The notes: generated by a model from the sequence alone, not told the origin. Shown: positions 1-10,221, counted from the stretch's first letter. The stretch is 64,000 bases of DNA from an uncultured Candidatus Binatia bacterium (GCA_965219905.1 CBDCOS010000008.1:640183-704182); one strand, 5' to 3'. Made by a program: numbers and translations.

Positions 1-45
1 GTCGATCACGGCGCCCAGGACCTGAGTAATCTTCCCCATCTGCAT
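1..45 (-). CDS. atpD: ATP synthase F1 beta subunit, N-terminal 15 codons only (gene continues beyond window start)
   Basis: Reverse complement of 1-60 reads ATG CAG ATG GGG AAG ATT ACT CAG GTC CTG GGC GCC GTG ATC GAC = MQMGKITQVLGAVID, the canonical AtpD N-terminus. It lies immediately downstream of atpG on the minus strand, in the expected operon order. Confidence 0.7.
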   Translation of the reverse strand, partial: MQMGKITQVLGAVID

Positions 46-97
46 AGCGTCTTCGTCCTTCCCTGACACGGACGGGTCTGAAGCCCGCCCCAAAATA

Positions 98-955
98 TCA
101 ACCGAGCGCCTCCGCGGTGGAGACCACTTCCAGCAGTTCCTTGGTGATGGCCGCCTGCCGCGCCCGGTTCATCTGGAGCGTGAGCGCGCTGATGAGGTCG
201 GAGGCGTTGTTGGTGGCGGACTCCATGGCCGTCATCCGCGCCCCGTGCTCGCCGGCGTTGGCCTCGAGGAGCGCCTGGTAGACCTGCACCTCCACGCTCT
301 TGGGCAGCAGGTTGGAAAGCAGGTCGCCGATGCTGGGCTCGAGCAGGTACTCGGTGAGCTGCTCCTCTTCGTCCACTTGCGAGGGCGCCACGGGAATGAT
401 CCGGGCGGCCGTGGGGACCTGTGACAGGGCCGAGCGGAACCGGCTGTATACGATGTAGGCGGCGTCGGATTCGCCGTTCAGGAAGCGCCCGATGAGGCGG
501 CCGGCCGCGCCCGAGGCAAGCTCGTCCGGCGACGCGTGCCACGTCACCGGGCCGTCGTCCATGGCGGTCACCTCCCGGCGGCGGAAATACTCCGAGCCCT
601 TGCGGCCGACGAAGCGGAAGGTCACTTCCTTCTCCCGTCGATCGGTACGAAAACTGTCGGCGAGACGGAGCACGTTGCTGTTGTAGGCGCCGCACAGGCC
701 GCGGTCGGCGGTGACCAGGAGCACGTCGATGCGCTTCTCCTCCCGCTCGATCAGCAGGGGGTGGCTGTCTTCCGACACTCGCGCGGAAAGGTTCGACAGC
801 AGCTCCCGCATCTTCTCCGCGTACGGCCGCGCCTCCACCGCCGCGTCGTGGGCCCGGCGCAGCTTGGCCGCCGCCACCGCCTTCATCGCCTTGGTGATCT
901 GTTGCGTGTTGCGGACCGAGGAGATCCGCTTCCTTATGTCCTTGAGCGAGGGCAC
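98..955 (-). CDS. atpG: ATP synthase F1 gamma subunit
   Basis: 285 aa. Starts MPSLKDIRKRISSVRNTQQITKAMKAVAAAKLRRA and ends LLEVVSTAEALG, typical of gamma subunits. Sits between atpA and atpD. Confidence 0.9.
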   Translation of the reverse strand: MPSLKDIRKRISSVRNTQQITKAMKAVAAAKLRRAHDAAVEARPYAEKMRELLSNLSARVSEDSHPLLIEREEKRIDVLLVTADRGLCGAYNSNVLRLADSFRTDRREKEVTFRFVGRKGSEYFRRREVTAMDDGPVTWHASPDELASGAAGRLIGRFLNGESDAAYIVYSRFRSALSQVPTAARIIPVAPSQVDEEEQLTEYLLEPSIGDLLSNLLPKSVEVQVYQALLEANAGEHGARMTAMESATNNASDLISALTLQMNRARQAAITKELLEVVSTAEALG

Positions 956-966
956 TCCGTGTCCTG

Positions 967-2475
967 TTACGCTTCAAACTGTTGGTTGAATTCCTTCAGC
1001 ACCGTCTCCACCTGCCCCTTGATGTCGTCGTCGATCTGGCGCTTCTCCGCGATGGCCGGGAACAGGTCCGGGTGTTTCGCCTCCACGAACTCGAACAGCT
1101 CGTTCTGGTACCTTTGCAGGTCCTCGGGGGCGACCTGGTCGACGAAGCCGTTGGTGCCGGCGTAGATGATGAACACCTGCTTCTCCACCGGCATGGGCTG
1201 GTACTGTCCCTGCTTGAGGATCTCCACCAGCCGGCTGCCGCGGGCGATCTGCCGCTGGGTGGCCACGTCGAGGTCCGACCCGAACTGGGCGAAGGCCGCC
1301 ATCTCGCGGTACTGGGCCAGGTCCAGCCGAAGCCCGCCGGCGACCTGCTTCATGGCCCGGATCTGCGCGTTGCCGCCGACACGGGAGACCGACAGGCCGA
1401 CGTTGATGGCCGGACGGACGCCCGAGTAGAAGAGGTCGGTCTCCAGATAGATCTGGCCGTCGGTGATGGAGATGACGTTGGTGGGGACGTAGGCGGAGAC
1501 GTCGCCCGCCTGGGTCTCGATGATCGGCAACGCCGTCAGCGAGCCGCCGCCCTGGGCATCGCTCATCTTGGCCGCCCGCTCCAACAGCCGTGAATGCAGG
1601 TAGAAGACGTCGCCCGGAAAGGCCTCGCGGCCCGGCGGTCGCCGCAGCAGCAGCGAGAGCTGGCGGTAGGCCACCGCGTGTTTCGAGAGGTCGTCGTAGA
1701 TGGCCAGGGCGTGGCCGCCGTTGTCGCGGATATGCTCGCCCATGGTGCAGCCGCTGTAGGGAGCGATGTACTGGAGCGGGGCCGACTCCGAGGCGGTGGC
1801 GGCCACCACGATGGTGTAGTCCATGGCGCCGTACTGCCGGAGCTGGTCCACCACCTGGGCCACGGTGGAGCGCTTCTGGCCCACGGCCACGTAGATACAG
1901 GTGACGTCGCCGCCCTTCTGGTTGATGATCGTGTCCAGGCAGACCGCGGTCTTGCCGGTCTGGCGGTCGCCGATGATCAGCTCCCGCTGGCCCCTACCGA
2001 TGGGGATCATGGAGTCGATGGCCTTGAGGCCGGTCTGCAGCGGCTGCGTCACGGGTTGGCGCTGGACGATGCCCGGAGCCTTGAGCTCGATCCGCCGCCG
2101 CTCCGTGGTCTCGATGGGACCGCGGCCGTCGAGCGGCTCTCCGAGCGGGGACACCACCCGGCCTCTCAACGCGTCGCCGACGGGGACCTCGACAATGCGA
2201 CCGGTGCGGTTGACGCGGTCGCCCTCCTTGATGAGATGCGACTCGCCGAAGAGGGCCGCGCCGACGTTGTCCTCCTCGAGGTTGAGCGCCATGCCGAACA
2301 CGTCGTTGGGGAACTCCAGGAGCTCTCCGGCGGCGGCGTTGTCCAGGCCGTAGACCCGGGCGATGCCGTCACCCGTGGACAGGACGGTGCCGATCTCCTC
2401 GACCGTGACGCCCTTGTCGTAGTCTTCGATCTGCTTCTTGATGATGCTGGTAATTTCGGCGGTGCCGATCTCCAT
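967..2475 (-). CDS. atpA: ATP synthase F1 alpha subunit
   Basis: 502 aa with P-loop GDRQTGKTA and conserved alpha-subunit blocks ([68 protein letters not shown]). Confidence 0.95.
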   Translation of the reverse strand: MEIGTAEITSIIKKQIEDYDKGVTVEEIGTVLSTGDGIARVYGLDNAAAGELLEFPNDVFGMALNLEEDNVGAALFGESHLIKEGDRVNRTGRIVEVPVGDALRGRVVSPLGEPLDGRGPIETTERRRIELKAPGIVQRQPVTQPLQTGLKAIDSMIPIGRGQRELIIGDRQTGKTAVCLDTIINQKGGDVTCIYVAVGQKRSTVAQVVDQLRQYGAMDYTIVVAATASESAPLQYIAPYSGCTMGEHIRDNGGHALAIYDDLSKHAVAYRQLSLLLRRPPGREAFPGDVFYLHSRLLERAAKMSDAQGGGSLTALPIIETQAGDVSAYVPTNVISITDGQIYLETDLFYSGVRPAINVGLSVSRVGGNAQIRAMKQVAGGLRLDLAQYREMAAFAQFGSDLDVATQRQIARGSRLVEILKQGQYQPMPVEKQVFIIYAGTNGFVDQVAPEDLQRYQNELFEFVEAKHPDLFPAIAEKRQIDDDIKGQVETVLKEFNQQFEA

Positions 2476-2514
2476 GGCTCGCTCCTTGAACTGACTTGGT
2501 CCTCGCGCTTGCGG

Positions 2515-3051
2515 CTAGAAAGTTCGTTCGATGCTCTTCCTGAGGGTCTGCAACTGCGTGCGTACGCTGCCGTCGTAGACCTTGCCGCCGACCTCGACGA
2601 CGATGCCGCCGATAATGCCCGGATCCACTTCTTCGGTCAGGACGGCGGTCTTGCCGGTCATTTCACCCACCACCGCGGCAAGGCTGTTGCGCCGGTCGTC
2701 GGCAAGGGACCGGGACACGGTGACCCTGACGTTCACACGGCCCGCCGACTCGTCCAGCAGCCGGTGGTAATGACGCGCGATGGAGGACAGCCCGTCGAGA
2801 CGGTCGCGGGTCACCAGCAGCGAGAGGAAATGGGTGGTCAGGTCCGAGAGGCCCATGCGTGCGGCCACCTCCGCCACAATGTCCTTGCGGCGGTCCTGGC
2901 CGAAGGCGGGGTTTCCCAGCACCTTCCTGAGGTCGGGATCCTCGTACAGCTTGAGAAAACCGTCCACCTCGGCGCCGACGGCCTCCTCCCGGCCGGCGGC
3001 GAGCTCAAAAATGGCCCTTGCGTAGCGGCGGCTGAGCTTTCCTTCAATCAT
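2515..3051 (-). CDS. atpH: ATP synthase F1 delta subunit (OSCP)
   Basis: 178 aa; MIEGKLSRRYARAIFELA N-terminus typical of delta. Position between atpF and atpA. Confidence 0.85.
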   Translation of the reverse strand: MIEGKLSRRYARAIFELAAGREEAVGAEVDGFLKLYEDPDLRKVLGNPAFGQDRRKDIVAEVAARMGLSDLTTHFLSLLVTRDRLDGLSSIARHYHRLLDESAGRVNVRVTVSRSLADDRRNSLAAVVGEMTGKTAVLTEEVDPGIIGGIVVEVGGKVYDGSVRTQLQTLRKSIERTF

Positions 3052-3106
3052 CGGTCATGAACCCGGTCTTACCCCGCTTGCCTGGCGGTTTGCGCGCGGC
3101 AAGTCG

Positions 3107-3649
3107 TCAGAGGTCCCGCAACTGTCGCGAGAAGTCGTCGACCATGCGATCCTGGTCGGCGGCCGCCATGTGCTGCTGGATTGCCCGCTCCGCGGCGGCC
3201 TCCGCCAGCAGCGCCATTTCCCCACGGATCTGCTGCCGCGCCATCTTGACTTCCTGCTCGGCCAGGAAGTCGGCGTCGGCCTTCAGCTTGGCTGCCGACT
3301 CTTCCGCCTCGGCCACGATACGCGCCCGTTCGCGCTCGCCCTCGGCTCTCAGCCCTTCCCGGATCCGCTCGCATTCATCATCGAGAACATTCAGCAATTC
3401 CCGGTACTTCCGGACGTACCCCTCGGCTTCGCCCTTGGCCTGCTGGGCCGTAGCCACGGCCTCGACGAGTCCCTGGCGGCGCTGCTTCAGGTGCTCACTT
3501 ACGAGCGGGAGGCCGTAGCGCTTGACCAGCCAGGCGAAGATCAGGAAGTTGATCAGCGGGAAGAGCAGCTCCGTGATGGAGGGGGTGTGGGCTCCGTCCG
3601 CGGAAGCGGCCCAGGCCGTGGACACGAGTATGTCGGTCAAGAGGGTCAT
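3107..3649 (-). CDS. atpF: ATP synthase Fo subunit b
   Basis: 180 aa with an N-terminal TM helix followed by a long charged Ala/Glu/Arg-rich helix. Has a 4-bp overlap with the upstream b' gene. Confidence 0.8.
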   Translation of the reverse strand: MTLLTDILVSTAWAASADGAHTPSITELLFPLINFLIFAWLVKRYGLPLVSEHLKQRRQGLVEAVATAQQAKGEAEGYVRKYRELLNVLDDECERIREGLRAEGERERARIVAEAEESAAKLKADADFLAEQEVKMARQQIRGEMALLAEAAAERAIQQHMAAADQDRMVDDFSRQLRDL

Positions 3650-4074
3650 GTCAGCTTCCGGCCCAGCACCTTCTCGGCCATCTCCTGAGCCAGCGCTTCG
3701 GCGTTGGCCGAGGCCACTCGGCGCGCCGCCTCCAGCTCGCTCCGGACCTCTTCCCGTATCTCCTGAATCTTCTGGGTGGCGGCGTCGCGGCCCTGGGAGA
3801 GGATGAGGTTGCGGGCCTTGAGCGCCTCTTCCCGGATTTCGCTCTTGATCGCCTCGCCCTCGGCCCGGGCAGTGGCGATGGCGGCGTTGTATTGTGCCTG
3901 CAACTCCTGCCCTTCTTCCGTCAGGGAACGGGCCTCGGCGTGGGAGCCCTCGGTCCTGCGCTCCCGTTCCGCCATCAGACGCCCCACGGGCCCGAACAGC
4001 ACCCGCCGGAGAATGCTCCAGAGGATCAGGAACAGGACGATTTGGACCACCAGGGAATAATCTATGCTGATCAT
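3646..4074 (-). CDS. ATP synthase Fo subunit b' (second b-type subunit)
   Basis: 142 aa with one N-terminal TM helix and a charged helical stalk, paralogous to the adjacent b subunit. This b/b' arrangement is as in alphaproteobacteria and cyanobacteria. Confidence 0.75.
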   Translation of the reverse strand: MISIDYSLVVQIVLFLILWSILRRVLFGPVGRLMAERERRTEGSHAEARSLTEEGQELQAQYNAAIATARAEGEAIKSEIREEALKARNLILSQGRDAATQKIQEIREEVRSELEAARRVASANAEALAQEMAEKVLGRKLT

Positions 4075-4369
4075 GCTACGCGTTCGGTGTTGATGACGCC
4101 GGACTCGGAGAGAGCCCCGGTCATGGAAGATTCGGAGATGGCGTGAACCGAGATGCCGTCAGGTCGTTCTATAAACTTCGTCCTTCCCCTTGTTGGCTTC
4201 ATGACGTCAACCGCAGGAACGGCGTGACGTTCCCAATCGGGAAAGCCTCGATAGCCTGCCCAGTAGCTTGTTTTTACGAAGGCGCGGCGCATGTCGCGTC
4301 GCGCCGGATGAGCCGCGGTCGCAGTCTGCGGAAAGGCACGCCTCTAACTGTCAACCAAGGTCAGGCTAT

Positions 4370-4398
4370 AGCATTCGCGCCCTTGCTTGTCAAAGCGA
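4370..4398 (-). promoter_or_regulatory. Candidate sigma70 promoter for the atp operon (-35 TTGACA, 17-bp spacer, -10 TATAGC on the minus strand)
   Basis: Minus strand reads TTGACAagcaagggcgcgaatgcTATAGC (plus-strand coordinates 4398..4370). It is in the parB-atpF' intergenic region, upstream of the atpF' start at 4074. Confidence 0.3.
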
Positions 4399-4431
4399 GT
4401 GCGGAGGCGAGGCGGAAGCCGGCGGCCGCCG

Positions 4432-5295
4432 CTACACGGTGCCCATCATCATGCTCGTTATCCGCTCCAGGTCTTCCTGCGAATAGTACTCGATCTCCAG
4501 CTTGCCCTTGTCGTCGCGGGCCCGATGCGTGAGCCGGACCCGGGTGCCGAGGCGGCGCTGCAACGTTTCGACCAGGTGGGAAAGGTCCGGATCCAGGCGG
4601 TCCTCGGTCCTGGTCCGCCTGGGGGCGTTCAGCCGCTTCACCAGCGCCTCGGTATCCCGGGTGGAGAGGTCCTTCGCCATGACCTCACGCGCGGCGGCGG
4701 CCGTCATCGAACGGTCCTTGAGGCCCAACAGGGCCCGTGCCTGGCCGGCGGGCAACTCGCCACGGGAGACATGTTCCTTGATCGGGTCGGGCAGCGACAA
4801 CAGCCGCAGGGCATTGGCGACCGCGGAACGGCTTCTACCGACCCTTTCGGCCACCTGTTCCTGGGTCAGGTTGAACTGTTCCTGCAGCTCCGCGAAAGCG
4901 GCAGCCTCTTCGATGGGGTTCAGGTCTTCGCGCTGCAGGTTCTCGATCAAGGCCAGCAGAAGCGAGTTCGGGTCGGCGGTTTCGTGAACGATTATAGGGA
5001 CTTCCGAGAGTCCCAACCGCCTCGCCGCGCGCAGGCGCCGCTCGCCCGCGATGAGCTCGTAGCCCCCGGCCGTGGAACGCACGACCAGTGGCTGCAGCAT
5101 GCCGCTGGCCTCGATGGAGCCGGCCAGCTCGTTGATCTTCTCGTCGTCGAAGACCCGCCGGGGCTGGTTCGGATTGGGTGCGATCAACAAAGGATCGACC
5201 ACCGTGGGAGACGCCGCCGAAGGAGCATCCTCCACCACGGGTTCGCTTCCGGGCAGCAGGGCATCGAGACCCCGTCCAAGTCTATTCTTCTGCAT
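4432..5295 (-). CDS. parB: Chromosome partitioning protein ParB (Spo0J)
   Basis: 287 aa. MQKNRLGRGLDALL start, ParB box GERRLRAARRLG, and an HTH region. Confidence 0.9.
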   Translation of the reverse strand: MQKNRLGRGLDALLPGSEPVVEDAPSAASPTVVDPLLIAPNPNQPRRVFDDEKINELAGSIEASGMLQPLVVRSTAGGYELIAGERRLRAARRLGLSEVPIIVHETADPNSLLLALIENLQREDLNPIEEAAAFAELQEQFNLTQEQVAERVGRSRSAVANALRLLSLPDPIKEHVSRGELPAGQARALLGLKDRSMTAAAAREVMAKDLSTRDTEALVKRLNAPRRTRTEDRLDPDLSHLVETLQRRLGTRVRLTHRARDDKGKLEIEYYSQEDLERITSMMMGTV

Positions 5296-6064
5296 GGCTT
5301 CGCTCCTTCCGGCCCATCAGTTCGGTCGCCAGGCTCAGGTAGCTCTGCGCTCCCGTCGAACGGGCGTCGTAGAGCAGCGCGGGCATTCCATGGCTGGGGC
5401 TCTCGCTCAGTCGGACGTTCCGCGGGATGACCGTCTCGAAGACGGCGTCCGGAAAATGATCGCGAACATCCTTGGCGACCTGGGCCGAGAGATTGCTCCG
5501 GCTATCGTACATGCAAAGGACCACGCCCTCGAGCCGAAGGTGCTGGTTGTACGACGTCCGGACGCGTTTCATGGTGTCCAGGACCGCGGTGAGGCCCTCG
5601 AGGGCGTAATACTCGCACTGAAGGGGGACCAGCAACGAATCGGCAGCCGCCAGGGCGTTGAGCGTCAGAAGACCCAGGGACGGCGGACAATCCAGCAGGA
5701 TGTAGTCGAATCTGTATCGGACGGTCTCCAATGCCTGCCTCAACCGGCCGATGCGGTCCTCCATGTCGATCATCTGGATCTCCGCGCTCACCAGGTCGCG
5801 GTTCGCGGGCAACAGGAACAGCGACGGCATCTCCGTGGCGCAGAGCGCTTCGGTGACGAAACAGTTCTCCAGCATCACGTCGTAGATGCTCTTGTTGAGA
5901 GACCTGGGCTCGACCCCGAAGCCGGTGGTGCTGTTGCCCTGAGGGTCCATGTCCACGATCAGCGTCTTTTTCGCGGCGATGGCCAGGGACGCGGCGAGAT
6001 TCACGGCCGTGGTGGTCTTTCCGACTCCGCCCTTCTGATTGGCTATGGCGATGATGGTTCCCAA
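5282..6064 (-). CDS. parA: Chromosome partitioning ATPase ParA (Soj)
   Basis: 260 aa. Deviant Walker A KGGVGKTT in MGTIIAIANQKGGVGKTTTAVNLAASLA. 14-bp overlap with parB. Confidence 0.9.
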   Translation of the reverse strand: MGTIIAIANQKGGVGKTTTAVNLAASLAIAAKKTLIVDMDPQGNSTTGFGVEPRSLNKSIYDVMLENCFVTEALCATEMPSLFLLPANRDLVSAEIQMIDMEDRIGRLRQALETVRYRFDYILLDCPPSLGLLTLNALAAADSLLVPLQCEYYALEGLTAVLDTMKRVRTSYNQHLRLEGVVLCMYDSRSNLSAQVAKDVRDHFPDAVFETVIPRNVRLSESPSHGMPALLYDARSTGAQSYLSLATELMGRKERSHAEE

Positions 6065-6182
6065 AAGATTTTATATTTCGGTAGGTTATGGCTTATCCGG
6101 CAACTTGATTTGTAGCACGACAGGGGCGGAAAAGGAAGTCCGGTGTTTCACGTGAAACACCGGCACACGCAAGGGTCGGGGG

Positions 6183-6848
6183 CTACGACTTCCGGAACAC
6201 GAGCACGGTTCTGCGCTCGCCGCCGAAGGGCAACTCGAAACTCACGTTTCTCTCTGGGCGGAGGGCGTATTCCGGTAGTTTCTCTCGGACTTGATCCTGG
6301 ACGGCGGCGCCCTTCGGCCCTTGCATCAAGACGCACAGCCCCCCTCGAGCCAGGAGGCTTCCGCTGACCCTGAGGAACCCGTGAATGTCCGAGAAGCCAC
6401 GGGTGACGGTTTCCTCAATGGCCGGCAACCCTTCGCCCGCCAGGTCCTCGATACGGCTCTCGATCACATGCAGGCCGGTCAGCTTGAGCTCGCGCGCGAC
6501 GTGCCTCAGGAAGTTCGCCCGTTTTCGGCGCGGTTCCACCAGGTAGACAGGTTTCCCGGGAAGCGCGAGCTTGATGGGGATACCGGGGAAACCGGCTCCA
6601 CTGCCGATGTCCAGGAGGCTGCCGTGACGGCTCACCAACGGAACGACGGAAAGCGAATCGATGAAGTGGCGCCGTACGACCAGGTCTTCGTCGTGGATGG
6701 CCGTGAGGTTCAGTCGCGCACCCCAGAACGAAAGCAGGGACAAGTAGTCCCGGAAGGCTTTCGTTTGATGCGGGGAAAGCTCGACATCGAAGCAAACGGC
6801 GCCGGCGGTCAGAAGTCGCTCGCTCCTGTCTGAATCCGTGGCGGCCAC
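6183..6848 (-). CDS. rsmG: 16S rRNA (guanine527-N7)-methyltransferase RsmG (GidB)
   Basis: 221 aa. SAM-binding motif DIGSGAGFPGIPIK. Classical position between parA and mnmG. Confidence 0.85.
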   Translation of the reverse strand: MAATDSDRSERLLTAGAVCFDVELSPHQTKAFRDYLSLLSFWGARLNLTAIHDEDLVVRRHFIDSLSVVPLVSRHGSLLDIGSGAGFPGIPIKLALPGKPVYLVEPRRKRANFLRHVARELKLTGLHVIESRIEDLAGEGLPAIEETVTRGFSDIHGFLRVSGSLLARGGLCVLMQGPKGAAVQDQVREKLPEYALRPERNVSFELPFGGERRTVLVFRKS

Positions 6849-6862
6849 GCGAGGAGACGGGA

Positions 6863-8761
6863 TCAGCCGGCCTTCATCTTGTAGAGATAAAGGGAAAGCA
6901 CGGAAATGGCCGCGGGGGTCACGCCGGAGATTCGGTAGGCCTGTCCCAATGAACGGGGCCGCACGTGGGAGAGCTTCTCCCTGATCTCACGCGAGAGCCC
7001 GTTGATTTGCCCGTAGTCCAGGTCCTCCGGGAGGGTCACGTTCTCCATCTTCTGAAACCGCTTGAGACCCTGGGTCTGGCGGTCGACGTAACCACTGTAC
7101 TTTATTGAAACTTCCGCTTGGAGCGCCACGTCCGACGGGACCGTTGCCAGCTCCGGACAGAACGCGGCCAGGCTCCCGAAAGCGATCTCCGGCCGGCGGA
7201 GCAACTGTGCCAACGACGTAATGTTCCGTACAGGCGCCGTTTCCATGGTGCGGAGCTGCTCCTGCACCGGCTGTGACGGCTGGATCCGGGTGTTCTCGAG
7301 CTTGTGGGTCAACTCGGTAATCTGCTCCTGTTTCCGGGCGGTCCGGGCGTAGGCCTCCGGGGTGGCGAGCCCGATACGGTGCCCCATCTCGGTCAGACGC
7401 AGGTCCGCGTTGTCCTCCCGGAGCAGCAGACGGTATTCGGCCCGGGAAGTGAACATCCGGTAGGGCTCGCCGTCGGTTCCCTTGGTGACCAGGTCGTCGA
7501 TCAGAACGCCGATGTACGCCTGGTCGCGGGAAAGGACCAGCGGCTCGTCCCCCTTGAGGCTGAGACACGCGTTGATGGCGGCCATCAGCCCCTGGCTGGC
7601 GGCCTCCTCGTACCCGGTGGTCCCGTTGATCTGACCGGCCAGATAGAGGTTGCCGACGGATTTCGTCTCCAGGGAAGGCTTGAGCTGGGTCGGCTCCACG
7701 TAGTCGTACTCGATGGCATAGCCGGGCCTCATGATCTCGGCCTCCTCCAGCCCTTCGATGCTGTGGACCAGGTCCACCTGGACATCGAGAGGGAGGCTCG
7801 TGGAGATTCCGTTCGGGTAGACCTCCACCGTGTCATACCCCTCGGGCTCCAGGAAGATCTGATGCCGCTGCTTGTCCGCGAAACGCACCACCTTGTCCTC
7901 GATGGACGGGCAGTAACGCGGTCCGCGGCTCTTGATGACACCGGAATACATGGGCGATCGGTGGATGGCCTCGCGGATGATCTCGTGCGTCCTGGGGTTC
8001 GTATAGGTGATGTGGCAGGGGATCTGCTTCTGCTCGATCCTCTCCGTGCCGAAGGAGAACGGTATCGGGGTTTCGTCGCCGTCTTGAACCGAAAGTCTTG
8101 AATAATCAATGGTGTGGGCGTTCAAACGCGGGCAGGTCCCGGTCTTGAGCCGGCCCAGCCGGAGCCCGAGCGCGCTCAACGAGGCGCTCAGTCCCTGGGC
8201 AGCGAAATCGCCGGCCCGGCCGGCCGAGTAGTTGCGGTCGCCCACGTGGATGACGCCCTGAAGAAAGGTCCCGGTCGTCAGTATGGTCTTCCTGGCCTCG
8301 AATACTTCCCCGATCTGCGACTCGACTCCCAAGACCCTTCCGTCACGGCACAGCAGCGCCTCGACGCTGGCCTGCTTGAGGGTCAGATTCTCGCAGTTCT
8401 CCACCACCCGTTTCATCCGCCGCCGGTACAGGGCCTTGTCCGCCTGAGCCCGGGAGGCCCTGACGGCCGGCCCCTTCTTCGTGTTCAGCATGCGGAACTG
8501 GATGCCGGTCTCGTCGATGGCGCGGGCCATCTCACCGCCGAGGGCGTCGATTTCCTTGACGAGATGCCCTTTCCCGATGCCGCCGATGGCTGGATTGCAC
8601 GACATCTGGCCGATGTGGTCGAGGTTCAACGTCAACATCAACGTGTCGAAACCCATGCGCGCGGCCGCCAGGGCGGCTTCGATGCCCGCGTGTCCGGCGC
8701 CGACGACGATGACGTCGTAGATTCTGCCGTTCCCCTTGTCCGACTGTTTCACGTGAAACAT
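6863..8761 (-). CDS. mnmG: tRNA uridine 5-carboxymethylaminomethyl modification enzyme MnmG (GidA)
   Basis: 632 aa. FAD motif YDVIVVGAGHAGIEAALAAARMG and conserved MnmG blocks (SCNPAIGGIGKGHLVKEIDALGG, GPRYCPSIEDKVVRF). Confidence 0.95.
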   Translation of the reverse strand: MFHVKQSDKGNGRIYDVIVVGAGHAGIEAALAAARMGFDTLMLTLNLDHIGQMSCNPAIGGIGKGHLVKEIDALGGEMARAIDETGIQFRMLNTKKGPAVRASRAQADKALYRRRMKRVVENCENLTLKQASVEALLCRDGRVLGVESQIGEVFEARKTILTTGTFLQGVIHVGDRNYSAGRAGDFAAQGLSASLSALGLRLGRLKTGTCPRLNAHTIDYSRLSVQDGDETPIPFSFGTERIEQKQIPCHITYTNPRTHEIIREAIHRSPMYSGVIKSRGPRYCPSIEDKVVRFADKQRHQIFLEPEGYDTVEVYPNGISTSLPLDVQVDLVHSIEGLEEAEIMRPGYAIEYDYVEPTQLKPSLETKSVGNLYLAGQINGTTGYEEAASQGLMAAINACLSLKGDEPLVLSRDQAYIGVLIDDLVTKGTDGEPYRMFTSRAEYRLLLREDNADLRLTEMGHRIGLATPEAYARTARKQEQITELTHKLENTRIQPSQPVQEQLRTMETAPVRNITSLAQLLRRPEIAFGSLAAFCPELATVPSDVALQAEVSIKYSGYVDRQTQGLKRFQKMENVTLPEDLDYGQINGLSREIREKLSHVRPRSLGQAYRISGVTPAAISVLSLYLYKMKAG

Positions 8762-8853
8762 CCTTCGCTGACTTGCGGATCAGAATTCCAATTCTGCCAA
8801 ATTCCCGAACAAACTTCCACGCGACCGAGCAACCCCGGCCACGGCCCGGAGCA

Positions 8854-10221
8854 CTACTTCCCGATGCAGAACTGAGAGAAAATACGGTCGAGGATGTCGT
8901 CGTTGGTCACCGTGCCGATGATCTCCTCCAGGCTGTCGCGGGCTTCCTGCAGGTCCACCGCAACGATATCCGGCGGCAAACCCCGGTCTATCGCCCTGCA
9001 CACCTCCACCAGGTGTGTCCGGGCCCGATCCAGGGCGGCCTTGTGGCGAACGTTGGTCACGACGATCTCCGGCTCCTCCGCGGAGTCGAGAAAACAGTCG
9101 CGCAAGGCGGCCTTCAGTCCGTCCAGCCCCTGGCTCGTCAACGCCGACACCTCGACCTGCTGAAGTTCCGGCAAGTAGTCCGAGACGGCCGATGGGTCGA
9201 TCTTCCGGGGCAAATCGGACTTGTTGATGACCACGAGCCCTTGCCTGGTCCGGACCTTCTCCATCACCGTCGCGTCTTCCGGGGTCAGCGGCGAAGACCC
9301 GTCGAGAACGAGCATGCATCCCTGGCTCTCCTCGAGCCGCTTCAGGGTCACGTCGATGCCGATCTGCTCCACATCCTGGGTGCCGTCCCTGATGCCCGCG
9401 GTGTCCCACAGGACCACGGGCAGGCCCTTGAGATTGACGGTTTCCTCGATGAAGTCCCGTGTCGTTCCGGGCGTCGCCGTGACGATGGCCCGCTCCACGC
9501 CCAGCAATGCATTCATCAGGCTCGACTTGCCGACATTGGGCCGTCCGACGATGCATACCCGGACGCCCTCGCGGATCAACCGTCCCCACGCGTAACTGTC
9601 AACGAGCGCCGAGGTCCTTTCCACCACTCCGGCGACCTTGCGCCCCAGCTCTTCGCGCTGGAGCAGCTCGATCTCTTCCTCCGGGAAGTCGATGGCCGCC
9701 TCCACCTGCACCAGCGTATCCACGAGCTGTTCGCGCAGGTCCTTTACCTCCCGCGACAGCCCGCCCTCCATCTGGCCCAACGCGACGCCGGCGGCCTTTT
9801 GCGTACGCGACCGGATGAGATCCAGCACGGCCTCGGCCTGGGATAAATCCAATCGACCGTTCAAATAAGCCCTCCTGGTGAACTCTCCCGGCTCCGCATG
9901 CCGCGCACCGTGCTCCAGCGCCAGCCCGAGCACCTGCCGCACCACGTAGGGCCCGCCGTGGCAATGGATTTCCACGGTATCCTCGCCGGTATAGCTTCCG
10001 GGCTCCTGGAGATACACAAACATCACCTCGTCCACCACGGCCCCATTAACCGGATCCCGGACCCGCCCGTGGTACAACCGGTGCGACTCCCACTCGGCAC
10101 CCTTGCGGGCGAGGAGCTCGGTCCCGATGCGTCTGGCATCCGGACCGCTCAGGCGCACCACCGCGATCCCTCCCTCTCCGGGAGGCGTCGCCACCGCTGC
10201 TATGGTATCGGCCCGGTACAT
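8854..10221 (-). CDS. mnmE: tRNA modification GTPase MnmE (TrmE)
   Basis: 455 aa. MYRADTIAAVATPPGEGGIAVVRLSG start, G-domain GRPNVGKSSLMNALL and DTAGIR, and the C-terminal CIGK motif (ends FCIGK). Confidence 0.95.
   Translation of the reverse strand: MYRADTIAAVATPPGEGGIAVVRLSGPDARRIGTELLARKGAEWESHRLYHGRVRDPVNGAVVDEVMFVYLQEPGSYTGEDTVEIHCHGGPYVVRQVLGLALEHGARHAEPGEFTRRAYLNGRLDLSQAEAVLDLIRSRTQKAAGVALGQMEGGLSREVKDLREQLVDTLVQVEAAIDFPEEEIELLQREELGRKVAGVVERTSALVDSYAWGRLIREGVRVCIVGRPNVGKSSLMNALLGVERAIVTATPGTTRDFIEETVNLKGLPVVLWDTAGIRDGTQDVEQIGIDVTLKRLEESQGCMLVLDGSSPLTPEDATVMEKVRTRQGLVVINKSDLPRKIDPSAVSDYLPELQQVEVSALTSQGLDGLKAALRDCFLDSAEEPEIVVTNVRHKAALDRARTHLVEVCRAIDRGLPPDIVAVDLQEARDSLEEIIGTVTNDDILDRIFSQFCIGK

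Noticed and set aside
6-3060. Many long ORFs in the six-frame track overlapping the atp genes (for example 6..977 -, 536..1165 +, 982..1593 +, 1594..3060 +)
   Set aside because: They are Arg/Gly/Pro-rich, low-complexity translations typical of shadow frames in ~68% GC DNA. They overlap well-supported atpG/atpA/atpH genes on the other strand or frame. The same reasoning was applied to similar ORFs throughout (for example 4387..5430 +, 5072..6115 +, 8773..9846 +, 15017..17245 +, 16953..18893 +, 20456..22543 +, 23358..25076 +, 27140..28399 +, 28609..29796 -, 31532..32647 -, 36493..38490 +, 39876..41561 -, 42932..44554 -, 45930..48272 +, 48478..50067 -, 49788..51369 -, 52657..53751 -, 57163..58419 -, 62874..63740 +).
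4071-4292. 73-aa ORF upstream of atpF' as a possible ATP synthase c subunit or atpI
   Set aside because: The sequence is hydrophilic (MRRAFVKTSYWAGYRGFPDWERHAV...) and lacks the two TM helices and conserved carboxylate of subunit c. It is most likely the non-coding leader of the atp operon.
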